45,961 nucleotides of DNA from Prasinococcaceae sp. CCMP 1430 (Eukaryota > Plantae > Prasinodermophyta). The first letter of the stretch is position 1. Each line of letters begins with the position of its first letter. Below are positions 29,401-41,100 of this stretch, one piece after another. The stretch covers positions 229,863 through 275,823 of the forward strand of contig RQSC01000029.1 in assembly GCA_013416795.1 (NCBI GenBank). The letters are read 5' to 3'. The notes under the pieces are model-generated. The model made no database searches. It saw only the letters and a program-made list of their open reading frames with translations, and had not been told where the DNA came from. The position numbers and the translations under genes were made by a program.

Positions 29401-29709
29401 GTCAGTCTGGCCGTACTTGCCGTATCCCCAGCAGCGCAGCGCGCCGTCGGCCTGGGCGACGCCACACGTGTGGTACCATCCTGCGCTCGCGTAGGAGAAT
29501 GCGCCCACGCCGGCCGGCGGCTCACTCTGGCGGTAGCCGCTCGATCCCCAGCAGCGCAGCGCGCCGTCAGCCTGCTCGATGCCGCACGTGTGCTGCCATC
29601 CAGCGCTCACGGAGGACCAGGATTCGCCACTTGCGGCGGCCGGCGTTGGAGCGTGGAGTGCCGCGAGCAGCAACGCCGCCGCGAGCTGCAACGACGCCGC
29701 GCGCCGCAA
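26452..29709 (-). CDS. Type-I surface glycoprotein: signal peptide, 7 RCC1/BLIP-II-like repeats, HRGP-like (SP)n stalk, globular domain, TM helix, acidic EPAAE-repeat tail
   Basis: LQLAAALLLAALHAP signal; 7 x WSSVSAGxxHTCG...CWG; ~330-aa Pro/Ser tract; TM IAGAAPAALVVLLLLWLRKMKRR. There is no in-frame ATG before the stop near 29780, so the start is probably in an upstream exon (ATG 29892 is a candidate). Confidence 0.82.
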   Translation of the reverse strand: MRRAASLQLAAALLLAALHAPTPAAASGESWSSVSAGWQHTCGIEQADGALRCWGSSGYRQSEPPAGVGAFSYASAGWYHTCGVAQADGALRCWGYGKYGQTDVPTGVGAWSSVSVGRYHTCGIAQATGALRCWGWNDLNQADVPSDVGAWSSVSAGAFYTCAVAQADGALRCWGRNDYGQADVPSGVDAWSSVSAGSQHTCGIGQADGALRCWGANNTYGEKDVPNGVGAWSLVSVGQSHTCGIAQADGALRCWGRNDQNQTDVPSGVGAWSSLSAGYEHTCGIAQADGALRCWGGNDAGQVDVPSLVSPPPSPPPSPPPSPPPPSPPPSPPPSPPPPGLPPSPPPSPPPSPPPSPPPSPPPSPPPPRPPPGAPRASPPPSPPPSPPPGLPPSPPPPSPPPSPPPSTPPSPPPSPPPNPPPSSPPPSSPPNPPPSAPPSPPPSPSPPRPPPSPPPPRPPPGAPRASPPPSPPPSLPPSRPPSPPPSPPPSPPPSPPPSPPPPRPPPGAPRASPPPSPPPSPPPSLPPSPPPPSPPPSFPPTSPPSPPPSPPPPRPPPGAPKASPPPSPPPSSPPSPPPSSPPSPPPSPPPSPPPPRPPPGAPMASPPPSPPPSPPPSLPPSPPPPSPPPSPPPLRQVSRHFAVRIDANTLQDANFEAVEAGIKDSAAVEDVSSEVTVRSEFIAREPVTTLEDFYARQSELDAEYARLLGVDPAFVYVESTARMQFGKVFVTYDVTFIQPAGEGGAGGNLRSNAIRATEIGSISSTLFRTDEEPDIVLYVDATMPPLAETVTDEEGWRRQRAALSDMACEEGRCEILCSSQAVNFEVQEVVTYVAFGKDEDGTRSDMCRTRILPPPPVPSPPLSPPPPSPPPPAPPSPSSPPRPPPSRRLPLPSRTSARRSAISTQTIAGAAPAALVVLLLLWLRKMKRRGGDSEGKHGGASLQGLPDNRADLGCVEDAENAAQHLDEDMHERLRGDSADIAILIESEPAILISSELSAKPSTAEPPAEFPTEPAAESAGAEPAAAPADDSTQLSAVEPAAEPADTELSLAEPAAEPAAEPRIEPAAEQGAAEPDAQPAAKPTAA
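27800..28785 (-). repeat. Pro/Ser coding minisatellite (SPPP)n with 5 higher-order RPPPGAP(R/K/M)AS units
   Basis: Translated ORF; 12-bp basic unit such as ggcggcgggctc on +. Confidence 0.9.
28795..29630 (-). repeat. Seven tandem ~120-bp RCC1/BLIP-II-like coding repeats, paralogous to 2541-3372
   Basis: Same nucleotide scaffold (cccagcagcgcagcgcgccgtcggcctg...gccgcacgtgtg...cgctcacggaggaccacgcg). Confidence 0.9.
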
Positions 29710-30217
29710 CGCCGCCGCGCGCCACGGCGCCCGGACCCGCGTGTGCTGGGCGCGCTGGCGGCGATTGACGACGTGGCACTACCTTGGGGCGAGGGGGCGT
29801 TGTGGCGCGCACCCCGCGGGCTGGTGGCTGCGCACCCGCACGATATCTGCTGCGGTGCACTCGCGCACAGCTGCGGGGAACCCCCGCAGCATGGGGTTAC
29901 ACAGGGCGTGTCCTCCGGCTTTGTGTACGCACGGTTTCAAATTAAAAAAAAAAAAGCGCAGGGCTGCGCGGCACTGGCACGCGCACAGAGCCTTGATGAC
30001 TAGTCTATTGATTGGTACTACTGAAACATGTCTTTGTGCAGGGTAGAGTTATAGTTAGTGACTATAGGCTGCGACAACGCCCTGCGAATGGAGCAGCGGC
30101 TGCTCGGCGGGAGCGGGGGCGCCGTGGACGCGGCCGTGGCCGCGACGGAACTCGAAGGCGATGCTGATATGCGACTCTCCGTCAGGTCATGCTCAGGCTG
30201 TCGCTAGCACTTGGACT

Positions 30218-33200
30218 TTATTCTATTGCGACTGCATGCTCCGCGTCGCTCTCCTCATCGGCGGCGTCCGCGGCATCCAGCTCGCACAAGTGTGCACGCA
30301 GATCGCCGCCCTCGCCGCCTGCTACCCAGAGCGTCTGTACACCCTTGCCCTTGATATCCACGCGCCCTCGTTCCTCCAGCGTCAGCCAAGGCGCTTGCTC
30401 TCGAAGTGCTGCCGCGCCGGCGTCGCTGGTGGTCAGACGCTGGGCGAGCCCATGGCTCTCGCAGCGGCTCGCAGTGTTCACGGTATCACCATACACCGAA
30501 AACTTGAGCTTGTCGCTTCCCAAGAGCCCCCCAACAACAGGCCCGCAGTGAAAGCCGGCGCGAATTTCCAGCGCGCCCAGCTCAGGTCGAGATTCGTCCA
30601 CCAGCGTGTCGGCGGCCTCCTGTATCGCTGCCAGCGCAAACGCCGCCACGCGCGCGGAGTGCGTACGCCGCTGTTTCTTTGCCAACCCCCCGGCTACCAT
30701 GTAGCAATCGCCAATGGTCTCCAGCTTGAAGAGGTCAAACTCTCGCACGAGAGAGTCGAAGCGGCTGTAGAGCCTGTCGAGCATGTCGGTCACCAGTTCG
30801 GGGTCACCAAGCTCGTCGCTCAAGTGCGTGAAGTTCACGATGTCGCAAAAAAATATCGACACCATCTCGTATCGCAGCGCGCCAACCTTCTCACCGCGCG
30901 TGAGCCTTGCTGCCACGTCGGGTGGCAGCATGCGCTCCAGCAGCATGGATCGCCGCGTGTTGGCTGCGGGATCGAAGAGATCGGCCTTTCGAAGTGCGCC
31001 GCCCTTGCTCTGGAGAGAGTCAATGGCGGCATCGCATTCCACCAGCGAAGGCCGGCGATCCGGATTCGCCAAGAGACAGTCCTCGATGAGTTGAACGATC
31101 GTCGGCGGCGTCGCCTGACGCATTTCATGCGTGATGGTCGGGCGAAGCTTTGTCTCGGGGGAGCGTACAGCCTGCAGAATCTCACGCGTGCTCATGTCAT
31201 CCTGGTCGGAGTAAGGTGATCGCCTGCTGAAGAGTTCCCACAGCAGCATACCGAAACTGTAGACATCCGACGCTTCGCTATTGGGCTGGCCGTCAAGCAG
31301 CTCCGGTGCCATGTAGAAGGGCGTGCCCACGGCGACGCGCCGCCCGCCACTTACCCGCAGCAAACTTTGCTTCGTCGAGGAGAGTCCAAAGTCTGACAGC
31401 TTGCATTCAAAGCTGTCACTGACAAGCACGTTGGCCGCCTTGATGTCCCCTGTGTACACAGAGCAGAGCGCGCAATGTCAGAAGAAAATTGCAAAAGACG
31501 CCGGCGAGCGTGCATGCGCGCCCTTCTCAATTGCAGCTGCTCGCCGATGGCGCGGCGAAAATTCTCGCATACCATGAATAATAGCCGGCGTTGAATCGTG
31601 GAGGTAGCGAAGCCCCGAGCACACGTCTCGCGCCATACTGATACACAGATTCGCAGGCAGGTCTGAACTCGGATTGAGCAGAAGATCCCGCAACGTTCCC
31701 CTGGGGAGATATTCAAGAACAAGCAGCGGTTCGGACTCCTTCGTCGCCCCGAGCACTGTGACGATGTGTGGATGTCGAAGGCGGACCATCAGCCGAATTT
31801 CCTTGCGAAAGATGTGTGCACGCCGAGACGAGCTCATGCCGCGACTGCTGCCTCGATTGCTGATGGCGGAGCCATTGTCGCTGACCAGCCCACCTGGAGA
31901 CAGGCACCCACTAAGCGAGGCACATGAACCACCGACGAGGCCACCACTGCCGCTGCCACCGCCGCTCCCGCTGTCGATGCCGCTCGAGCTGCCAGTTCCC
32001 TCGACCGTCAGGCCCAATTGCCCCCCAATGACGATCGACGCTACATGATGCCCATCAGGCACTGAACTTGTAGATGTTGAAGCGCTTGATCCGCTGTCTG
32101 CCTTCTGCACGGCAGCCAACACCGAGCGCTCACTGCCCGCGTGCTTCAGCATTCTGGCCTTGGCTGTGCCCGCAGGCTCCAGCACCGTCGTGGTGCTTGA
32201 TGTCTGGCTAGACGTGGACGCCTCGCCGTTGGATGAGCCGTTCGTCACACTCGCCGATCCAGATCGCGCCGCAGGCGACCCAAGAGACACGCGTTTTAGC
32301 GCGACCAACGTCCCACGGAAGCGGCCAAGGAAAACAGTGCCGAAGTTGCCCCGACCCAGCACCGTGAATGGCTCGACCGTCTCGAGCTCCCTCGGATCGA
32401 TGATCCACGCGGACTCGTATTTGTGCCGGAGATGCCTGCGCCTCAGCCATGCGGTGCCGACAGCGATGATTCCAAGCGCGCCTAAGCCCGCAATCACGCC
32501 GATCGCCCAGTTCGGCAAGCCCCCACTGCTCGATTCTAGCTTGATGCATGACAGCGTGTCTATGTCGGCCACGTACCCATCATCGCATTCGCAGAACTCT
32601 TGTTCAGAAGACTCGCAGGTCGAGTGTTTGGGACAAGTACCGTTGCCGCAGCTCACAAACCCAAGGTCCGCCGGCACGCCGGTGGCTATCAGATATGTTC
32701 GGCCATCTCCGCTGGCGCTCACGCGCGTCACGGTGACAGTCAGGAGTTGCGGCTGACCTGTAGCATTCGTCACTAAAACATCGCTATGCCCCTTGAAGCT
32801 CTGGCTATGTTCGCCGAACTGGCCCTCGTCTGCAGCATCCGTGTGTGCTTGGACCCACGCGAGACGGTCCGTGCCGTCGGGGAGGATGCTGCCAAGCTCG
32901 ATGGTGGGCGAACACGTCGACGTCTCCACGTGCGATGCGCTGATTGTGGATGCAACGATGCACGCTTGCTCTTGGCTGTCGTCCAAGCGTAGCACGTATA
33001 CCTGCGCACCGCTGAAGTCCCCAAGGAGATGGTCGTTGGCGTACGTGAGGGCCGTGAAGGTGTCATTGAGCGTTGCCTGGCGGATGGGCGCGGCCTGCAA
33101 CAGGCGGCGACCAGAGCCGTCATCTGAGCTGTTCGCCATTTGTGTCCAGCAGGCAGCATCTGCTTGGACTTCGCTCGAATCTGATGAAAGCCCTCCATTC

Positions 33201-35395
33201 TCTGGCGCCGACGCGAGGACGCGCCACAACAACGCAGCCTTGGCCAGGCGAGCGTTGGACAAAGCGCATGCCGTGGCATGCTCCCGACCGCACGGTCGCC
33301 CGCCGAAGGACGTGGTGGGGCGCGGCGCACGCGTACCGAAGCCTGCAACGTAGAAATAGCGGTGCGAGTCGTAGACGAAGCCGCGGGCGTACAGTGCGTG
33401 CTCGGTCACCTCCAGCACCGTGCCATTGGAAACGACGCCCCATGGTGCCAAGAGCCAGCCGCCGAGCAACCCAGTGTCGGAACCTCCGAATTGCGATGTC
33501 GCGATGCGCTTCAGCTTGCGGATGAAGCAGTCGAACGAATCGCCGACCTGGCCAAAGCCGTCCATGTAGAGCTGCCGAAGCGTAGAATAGTTCTGCGGGT
33601 AGAAGCGCGGCACGCTCATGAGCGTGCCATCGTCCTCGCTGTCGACGATGACGGCACCAAAAGGCGCCGACAGCTGGCCAAGGCCAGCAAAGCGATCGCT
33701 CGTGGATACCTTGCGCAGCAGCTCGTCCAGCGTTTCGTCCACGTGCACTTCTGTCGCAACGTCGCTGACCAGCCGCATCGTGTTGCTCACCGCACAGGGA
33801 GACGCAAACGCGGCGCTGCACTTGTTTTGGGCCGCGTGAGCGGCGGTGTCTGTGCAATTGACGGCCGCGCGGCTGGGCTGGCCCAAGTCATCCCTCCACA
33901 CATCGGCGCATCGCTCGGGTCGGGGGATGTGGTTGTATCCGACGGCCAAGTAGAATTGTTGCACAGAGCCGGCGAGAGGAAATTCGAATTCCATGTGCAG
34001 CGCGACTTTCACGTCCTGCGCGGCCTCACTGGCATTCGTGAGCTGGCCGTTTGCAATTCGAACCTGGTCCTCACGCGTTGGCCACTTGTAGCTTAGCCAG
34101 CTGCCACCTGGCTGCGATGCAGCAGCAGTGCTGTCGGCATTGAACTGCACGCCGTCGAGCGCGGGCGAGACTGTCGACACGATTGCAGTAGTCGTCATAC
34201 CCACAAACTTGCTGACGGCACCATGCGCGACGACTACGCCCGAATAATGTTTGGCAAAGACATAGAAGCCTCCGGCAATGACATAGTCGTCGCTGTAGCT
34301 CATTTTGTTCAGCGCGCCCTCAAACTCCCAAGGAGTAGACGCCCGCGTGACCGCGTCAAGCGCCTTGCCCACGAGCGTCACTGAATTGGCAATGGAGCAC
34401 AAATTGTTGTACGCCGCACTGCAGGGCAGTACTGGAGCGTGGGCGACGTTTCGGTACCCGTAGGCAACAACAGTCCCAGCCGGTGTCGGCGCCGATGCGT
34501 AGAACACCCATTCATCTACGTGTAGCCCGCCGAGGTGCGCACTATGACCGCCAACCAGCGTGCTTGGCATCAAAACGTACACAAACGCACCGGACTGGCA
34601 CGCGTCCAGCGCGGCGCGAAAGCGCTGAAGATAGCCATCAGCAGCCGCCGCCACACTCTGTGCGTCTGTGACATTCACCAATTCCGGCTCGCTGACGCAG
34701 AAGCCCGCGCCCGGCGAGTCTGCGTCCTCGCGGCAAATGGCACCAGGAACGCCTTTGATCGGCACGACGCCTCTGCGCTGCGATTCTATGGTCTCCTCTG
34801 ACAATGTGCAATTCTCACACGTGATGTCCATGATCCATTCGGCCAGCGTCTTGCCCACCGACAGCTCGCCCTTGGCTACGTCCCCTTCATGGCTGATGTT
34901 GCGTCCGTTGGCCTGAATCGTCCCAGACGCCACGTCGAAAAGCAGGGGCCAAAAATGTGTCGCGTGGCCGCCGCGGCCGGCGCTGACCTCGGCGTGGAAT
35001 GCGGCCGCCGCGCCCTCCTCCTCGGCGGCCACCAGCTGCGCGCGCAGCTCTTCAGCGTATGCTTCGACACAGTTGCGCGAACACGCCGCATTGTTGTCCG
35101 CATCGCAAACCGCTTCTCCGCGGCCTGCGCTGTCAGGCGGTATGTAGGTAGAACGGCACTTGTACAGGCCAGGATTGGGCAAAGGAGCGGTGGCGCGCGC
35201 GCACGGTGAGAAAGGCGGCGATGCGCTCGTGTCGATCACCTCCGTGCCGACGCCGCAGAGCGGCGCGGCGCCACTAGCACAGGATGCGACGGCGGCGGCG
35301 CACAGCAGGAAAAGCACACACTCGGGTCGTCCGCGCCGGGTGGCGGCTGCGCAGTACGGTTGCCAGGACGCGCGCGCGCCCGCCGCTCGGGGCAT
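30218..35395 (-). CDS. Receptor kinase-nucleotidyl cyclase: signal peptide, Cache-like ectodomain repeats, EGF-like domain, TM, TKL kinase, class III cyclase; exons ~35395-31573 and 31449-30218
   Basis: GRGNFGTV, VALK, IIH|GDIKAANV (phase-1 intron 31572-31450), DFG, GTPFYMAPE; cyclase SIFFCDIVNFT, KLETIGDCYM, GDTVNTASRCES; EGF-like CPKHSTC...CECDDGY; TM WAIGVIAGLGALGIIAVGTAWL. Confidence 0.88.
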
Positions 35396-35910
35396 GCCTG
35401 CCAACAGCACCCGACGCCCGCCCGCTCGCCCGCACGAGGGCAACGCCCACGCGCGGGCGACGGCTGCACGTGGTTGAAATCCTCCCGATTCGGCCGCGGG
35501 TTCGCCCCCCCTCCCTCACGCACCCCCACACGCAGCCGCAGCGCGCTAGCCAGCGGCGCGGTGTGGTGCGGCGCGAGGTGGCTGTGCCCATGCTGCTTTT
35601 TCCCCCGCGCGCGTTCAAGAATCGCAAGGGTAACAAAATCCACGTGCAGCAAAAGTGACGCGCGCTCCCATGCCGCACCCGAAGTGGCCACGAAGAGCTC
35701 CCAAATAGTATACAGTAGGACTACACAGTAGTTAGAGTACATTTCGTGTGTGTGCTTTCGTCTATCACTCACACTCTGCATGCGCGGAGAGGTGGCACGC
35801 GCCGATCTCAGTCGTTCAGGCAGCGTCTCTCAGCTCGGCTCGAACGCGGGGATCACCCTCGCCACTAGGCCCAACAACATTCGCGCAGTAGACGGGGTCC
35901 CGAGCTTGTA

Positions 35911-37735
35911 TCAGAAGTCCAGGTAGGCCGAAGGGGCGACAGGCGCCCCGATGCGAAGCGCAATGCCATTGTCGTTGTAGCCGGCCGAGTACTCGGTGAT
36001 GACCATGTCCGGGCTCCCCGCGCCGCCCTCGATGAGGCCAACACCCGAGTGAAGGCCATCGGCAACATCCTTAAGGCTCATAAGGCGGACTCCCTTCGCG
36101 CGCGCTGAGCTCACCTGCGGGGGCACCGCGTGTGCGCGCAGCGCGGGAGCGCGGGCGGATTTGTCAGCCAGGTGCGCGTGAGACATCGTGCGCTCGCCCG
36201 CCCGACACAAGCGCACGCTGTACCTTTGAATAACCAGGCGCCTTGCCGACAACGAGGAGCGTCGTCTTCCCGCTCACCGAGCTCGTTACGCGCGCACCAA
36301 AGCTCTCAAGCAGCCGCTTCGCGCGGTCCTTCCCCAGACTCAGGCCCGTGCCGCCTCCGATTTCTGGAAAGACGCCCGTGAGGACCACAGTCTGACCCTT
36401 GAGGCTGTCGCTCGAAGCGGCCCCGTTCTTGCCGGGTACGGGCACGACGAAGCGCGCCTTCTTCTTGGCAGGAGCCTTGGCGAGCGCAGACTTGCCTTTC
36501 GAGGCTGCCGCGACGGTGAGCGCAGTGGGTGATTCAGCCTTGGCCTTGAGCTTGGTCTCGGCCGGCTTCGCCTTGGACGGGACGGCACTTTTGGCCTCGG
36601 CCGCGCCTTCGGCAGCGGCATTCTTGGCAGCCCCCGCGCTGCCAGCGGCCCCGCCCTTTTCCTTCTTAGGCCTCTTCCTCGCTGACGCGCCGGCCCCAGT
36701 CTTATTCGCCGCAGCGGCGGCTCGGCCGTGCGCCTCGGCTGCAGCAGCCGTAACCTTGCGCTTGTAGAGCCTCGCCCAGTGTTTCCTGTCCATGGTGTGG
36801 CGCGCCACTTCGCGCTGCGCCGAGCGCGCGTCGCCGCGCCAGGCTCGCGTCAGCACATGCCCAACCAGGGCAGCGCACGCGTGCAGGCCGCCGGAAGGGC
36901 GCCGCTCCTCCGAGCAGGGTACTAACCTTGTCTCCTTCGCGGAGCTCTGCGAAGCCAGACAGCACAACGCTGCTCATCGCCAGCAGCGCCTCCTCGAAGG
37001 CGGCGACGTCTGTGACGGTATCGGGATCGGGGAGGCCGAGCCAGACCTTCGAGGGGACTCGCCAAGAAGACAACAGGACCCATCGAGAGTAGGATCCCGC
37101 CTGCGGATCCAGAGCGCCCACGCGCAGCGCGCCCTTCTCGATGGTCACGCCCGTCGCCCTGCATGACGAGCGCCCCGACTTGGCGCGCTCCACGTGGTGC
37201 CTCGGAACGGGCTCGTCGGCCGCGCTTGCGTAGTAGTCCCATGAGCGCACCTCGAATCCACGCGCGGCGGCGGCCGCCGAGCCGTACGCGTCCGCTGTGG
37301 GCGCGTCGGCCGCTTCAGCGAACGAGCTCACAGCCTTTGTCTCGTAGAGCTCACGCAGGACCTCGAACGACGCCTGAGTCGCGCGAAATTCTGCCACATC
37401 TCCGCCCTTGTCCGGATGCTCCTTGAGGATCTACGTTCACACATGCGCGCGTGGATCAATGAACACGCCTGTGTCAGCTATGTCCTGTGCGCCCACGAGT
37501 CCCCGCGCGCGCCGCCAGGGCAATGCAATACCTTCTTGAAGTAGACGCGCTTGACACGCCTCCACTCGGCGTCCAGGCCGTCGCACTCGGCGAGTTCGGA
37601 CGCGTCAGCGACGCCACATCTGGCGAGGCATGCCGAGACGGTCATGTCGTCTTCGCCGCCGTCGGCGCCACCGCTGCCACCATAGCGGCCGCGACCGCTG
37701 CCACGGCCGCCGCGTGCGCTGCTGCGCCTGGGCAT
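35911..37735 (-). CDS. J-domain + degenerate PARP-type finger + BRCT protein; exons ~37735-37532, 37430-36927, 36814-36224, 36114-35911
   Basis: Three phase-0 GT-AG introns give YFKK|ILKEHPDKGG (J-domain), HVERAKSGRSSCRATGVTIEKGALRVG (zf-PARP-like), and GQTVVLTG...FGARVTSSVSGKTTLLVVGKAPGYSK|VSSARAKGV (BRCT). The start could be upstream of 37735. Confidence 0.78.
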
Positions 37736-38148
37736 CTCGCGCGAGGAGATGCCCAAGCTCTGCGCTGCCCGCTGTGCGTCGCCGCCGGCGGCAGCAGTTG
37801 TTGTGGCGCCCGCAGGTGCGGGCGCGAATGGCACCGCCCCCAAGCTGATGTGACAGGTGCGTTCCGATTTTAGAACTTTCTTTACAGCTTTTTGGAAAGT
37901 CGCGCTCGCGCTCTGCGCTGCGCGCCCCGGCGCTGCGGCGCTGTGCGTGCCGCCAACGTCCATGCCCTTGCAGCGCTGGCTGTGGGGTGGTGGGTGCACG
38001 CACCGTGCGGGGTGCGTCCCAAAATGCTTGCGCCTGCGCATGCCGCCGCATTCCGACACTCGCTGGTGCTGTCCAATGCACGCGCGCGCGGCGCGATCCC
38101 TTTACATGCGCGCGCCACCGCGCGACGTCGGTCAGCGTGGCGCCTCAT

Positions 38149-41100
38149 TCACTCGACGCCGTCATCGCTGCTGGCAGCACACTCAGCACCGTCGCTCGCA
38201 CACTCGCCGCTGGCCCCGCTGGCGACAGTGGATTCCGCGTCGAGGCCATCGTAGGAGAGGCTACCCTCCCGCCAAACCGAGCCGCCAACTGCGGCCGCCG
38301 ATCCGGGCGGCAGCGTGTCGCCCGTTGACTCGGACTGCGCCGCGCCCAGCTGATCGTCGGGTCCTGCCGTGCCCACGATGCAATGCAGAGGCCCCGGCGC
38401 GTACGTGCACTCGGCCTCCTCGATAAAGACGAGCCTGCGCGCGCGAGCAGCGCGGTGGTGCGTGGTCATGACATGGCGACAAAGAAGCGGCAGCGGCATC
38501 GGCGTCGATGCCGGTGTCAGAGGTGTCAGCGAGGTTTGTCGGCGCGTCGGCGGGCGCGCACATGTGCATGCGAGCGCACGCGCGCGCACACAAGAGCAGT
38601 CGCAAGCTGGGTAGCACCGACTCACCCTCCCTTCGAGTTTGTATTGGCTGGCAGCGGTGCCTCGGGGGTGGCGACGACCATCCAACTCATATCGCCGCCG
38701 TCCTCATTGTTCGCCAAGATGAGCAAGTGCCCGCGCGTTGTCAAGAAGGCGACGCGATCGTTGCCCAAAGCGACTGGCGTAGAGTTGGTCAGACCGAACC
38801 CCGCGCCGCGGCCAGCGCGCTCCTGCAGCGAGCCGTGGCTCTTCCATGCCCAGCGCGCGCTGCCCCCCGTCGACTGGGCCTGCCCCTCCGCTCGCGCCGG
38901 CTCCTGCGCCTTTTTGAGCTCCCAAACCTTGCCGCTCTTGCCAACAGCGAACACCGAATCGCCGCCGAGCATAACACCACCCGGGGCGCTCATGAGCGGG
39001 TCGGGACGTCTGTCAGACGCGCCAGGCTGGCCAAAGTGGTCCCACGCCCACGCGCGTTTGTCCCCGTCCCATCGAACCGACACCAGAGCACCCGCCTCAG
39101 TGCGCAGAAACAGCTCCCCCTCCGCGCGGGTAGCGATCGGGCGCGAGACAGCTCCCGGCAGCAAGCTGAGCACGACGCCGTCTGGTGGCGGTGGCAGAGC
39201 GGTCCACCGTTTGTCAACGAGGCTCACGGCAAACAGGCGACCGTACTCGTCCACCACGAAAGCCTTGTTCTGACGGAGCACGTGCGCGTCCGCAATAGCG
39301 CCGACACGCGCAGCCCCGGCATCGCCGCTGCCCGGTGGCATGCCGAGGCTCTCCCACGAGGCTGTTGCGCCAACATGGCCGCCAAGTGCTCCTGCGGTGC
39401 CGAAGCGCATCACGACTAGGTAGCCCTTCGTGCTCACAAAAAACTTTGGACGATGCATGCCATTGGCGGGCGCTCCGGCGTCGACTGGCGCGGCGGAAGC
39501 CACGTGCAGTGAGGTTGGCACCGGCACCTGGGCCCACGCGAGGTAAGAGCTGTCGGTCGGGACAAAGGAAGGACTGGCAGGATGCTCGCTCTGGCCACGG
39601 CTCCACAAGCGCGGCCTCCCCGACGTCACCGCGAGCAGCGAATCATGTACGCTGAGTATGCTCGTGACGGGCAGCTTCTTGTGTGGGTGCTTCAGCCACA
39701 CCCACGCCATGCCGTTCCAGGATAACTCCCACAGCACGCCGGTCCCAGAGACAACGAAGAGCGACTGGCCGTTGCGCGTGGCACGCAGGCGATCCGAGGC
39801 TGTGCGCCCCGCCTGCGCGGCGGGAAGCAGGGATTCTGAGATGGCGGGAGTGCTCGCGGCATCGAGCGGCAGGGCGCTCCCCATCAGCTCCGCGGCAATG
39901 CCCGCGCTGCTCGCATTGGCCAAGCCGCCGATGGCGACCCCCACGTCGCAGTTGTTTGGCCCCTCCTCGTAGTCACAGTTCGGCTCGTCGCCACCCTCGT
40001 GCTCAGGGGGCGCGCGAATGACATACTTGACCTGGTTGTGCGCCTTGCCGTTGCCGGCCATACCAGGCATACCAGGCTCGTATTTTGACACCGGGCCCGC
40101 ATGGAAGTACATGTCCACGATGCGACAGTCAGCCAGGAGTGCCATCGCGTCCGGTGCACCTTCGAATTTCTTCGCAGCAGCCGCGAGGCTGTGCTTGTGC
40201 GGCGCGACGGCCATCATGATAGATGACAGAAGGGCGCCGGGGCCGCTGCCCGTGAGGGCATCCGCAGGTGGGTCGTGCGCCCTGAAGTGCCAGCCATGCT
40301 CGCCCGTCACAATCTCCAGGAGGCCGCCCGCGAGGTTGGGTGCGATGAAAGAGAGCGTCTGCGGCTGCGCCCTGCGAGAGCGGAAATCAGGTGACATGAG
40401 GTTGGACCAGTCATGCACGAAGATTTCCATCGAGGCTGTAAGCACCGACGTCTCCGTAGGCATCTCCGCGTCTGAGGGCGCCCACACCGACGTCCACACC
40501 CACGAATTGTGGGAGTCGGACGGCAAGCGCGCCACCACGCGTCCCGATGTGCTGCGCAGCAGCATCGCGTAAGCCCCGGACGTGATGTGCAGCACGGAGT
40601 CGCCCAGGAGGTGCTTCACGAGGTCTGTTGATAGAACAGTCGCAGGCTCCTGTGCGATCCCCTCAACGTCCTCCGGCCGGCTGTGCAGCATCCAGGGAGC
40701 AAATTCTTCTCCCGCCACGCTCGGCACGCGCGTTACCCAGCGGCTGTCCAGTATTGCGGCGCCCTGTATTGCGCGGGAAATGTATTGGCAGGAGGATGGG
40801 TCAGCGCGAGGGGAACGTTGCGCACAAGAGCCACGACGCACGTAGTGGCGCTGCGGCAGGCAGTGCCCACATATACTCCAGTTGAAGTCTGATCCGCCAT
40901 ACTACATCGGGAGGGAAGCCGCGCGACCATCGGCATTTCTGACGCAACGGCGTGCACGCGGCAAATGCACTCGCGAATGCGTGCGGGTTTGTGTGCGGGC
41001 GCGCCCATACACCGCACGCTCGTGGCTCGTGGGTCACAACTCACCTCCCATGAGTATTCGTAGAGGTCACCGGCTGTCGAGACGATAAAGAGCGAGCCCG

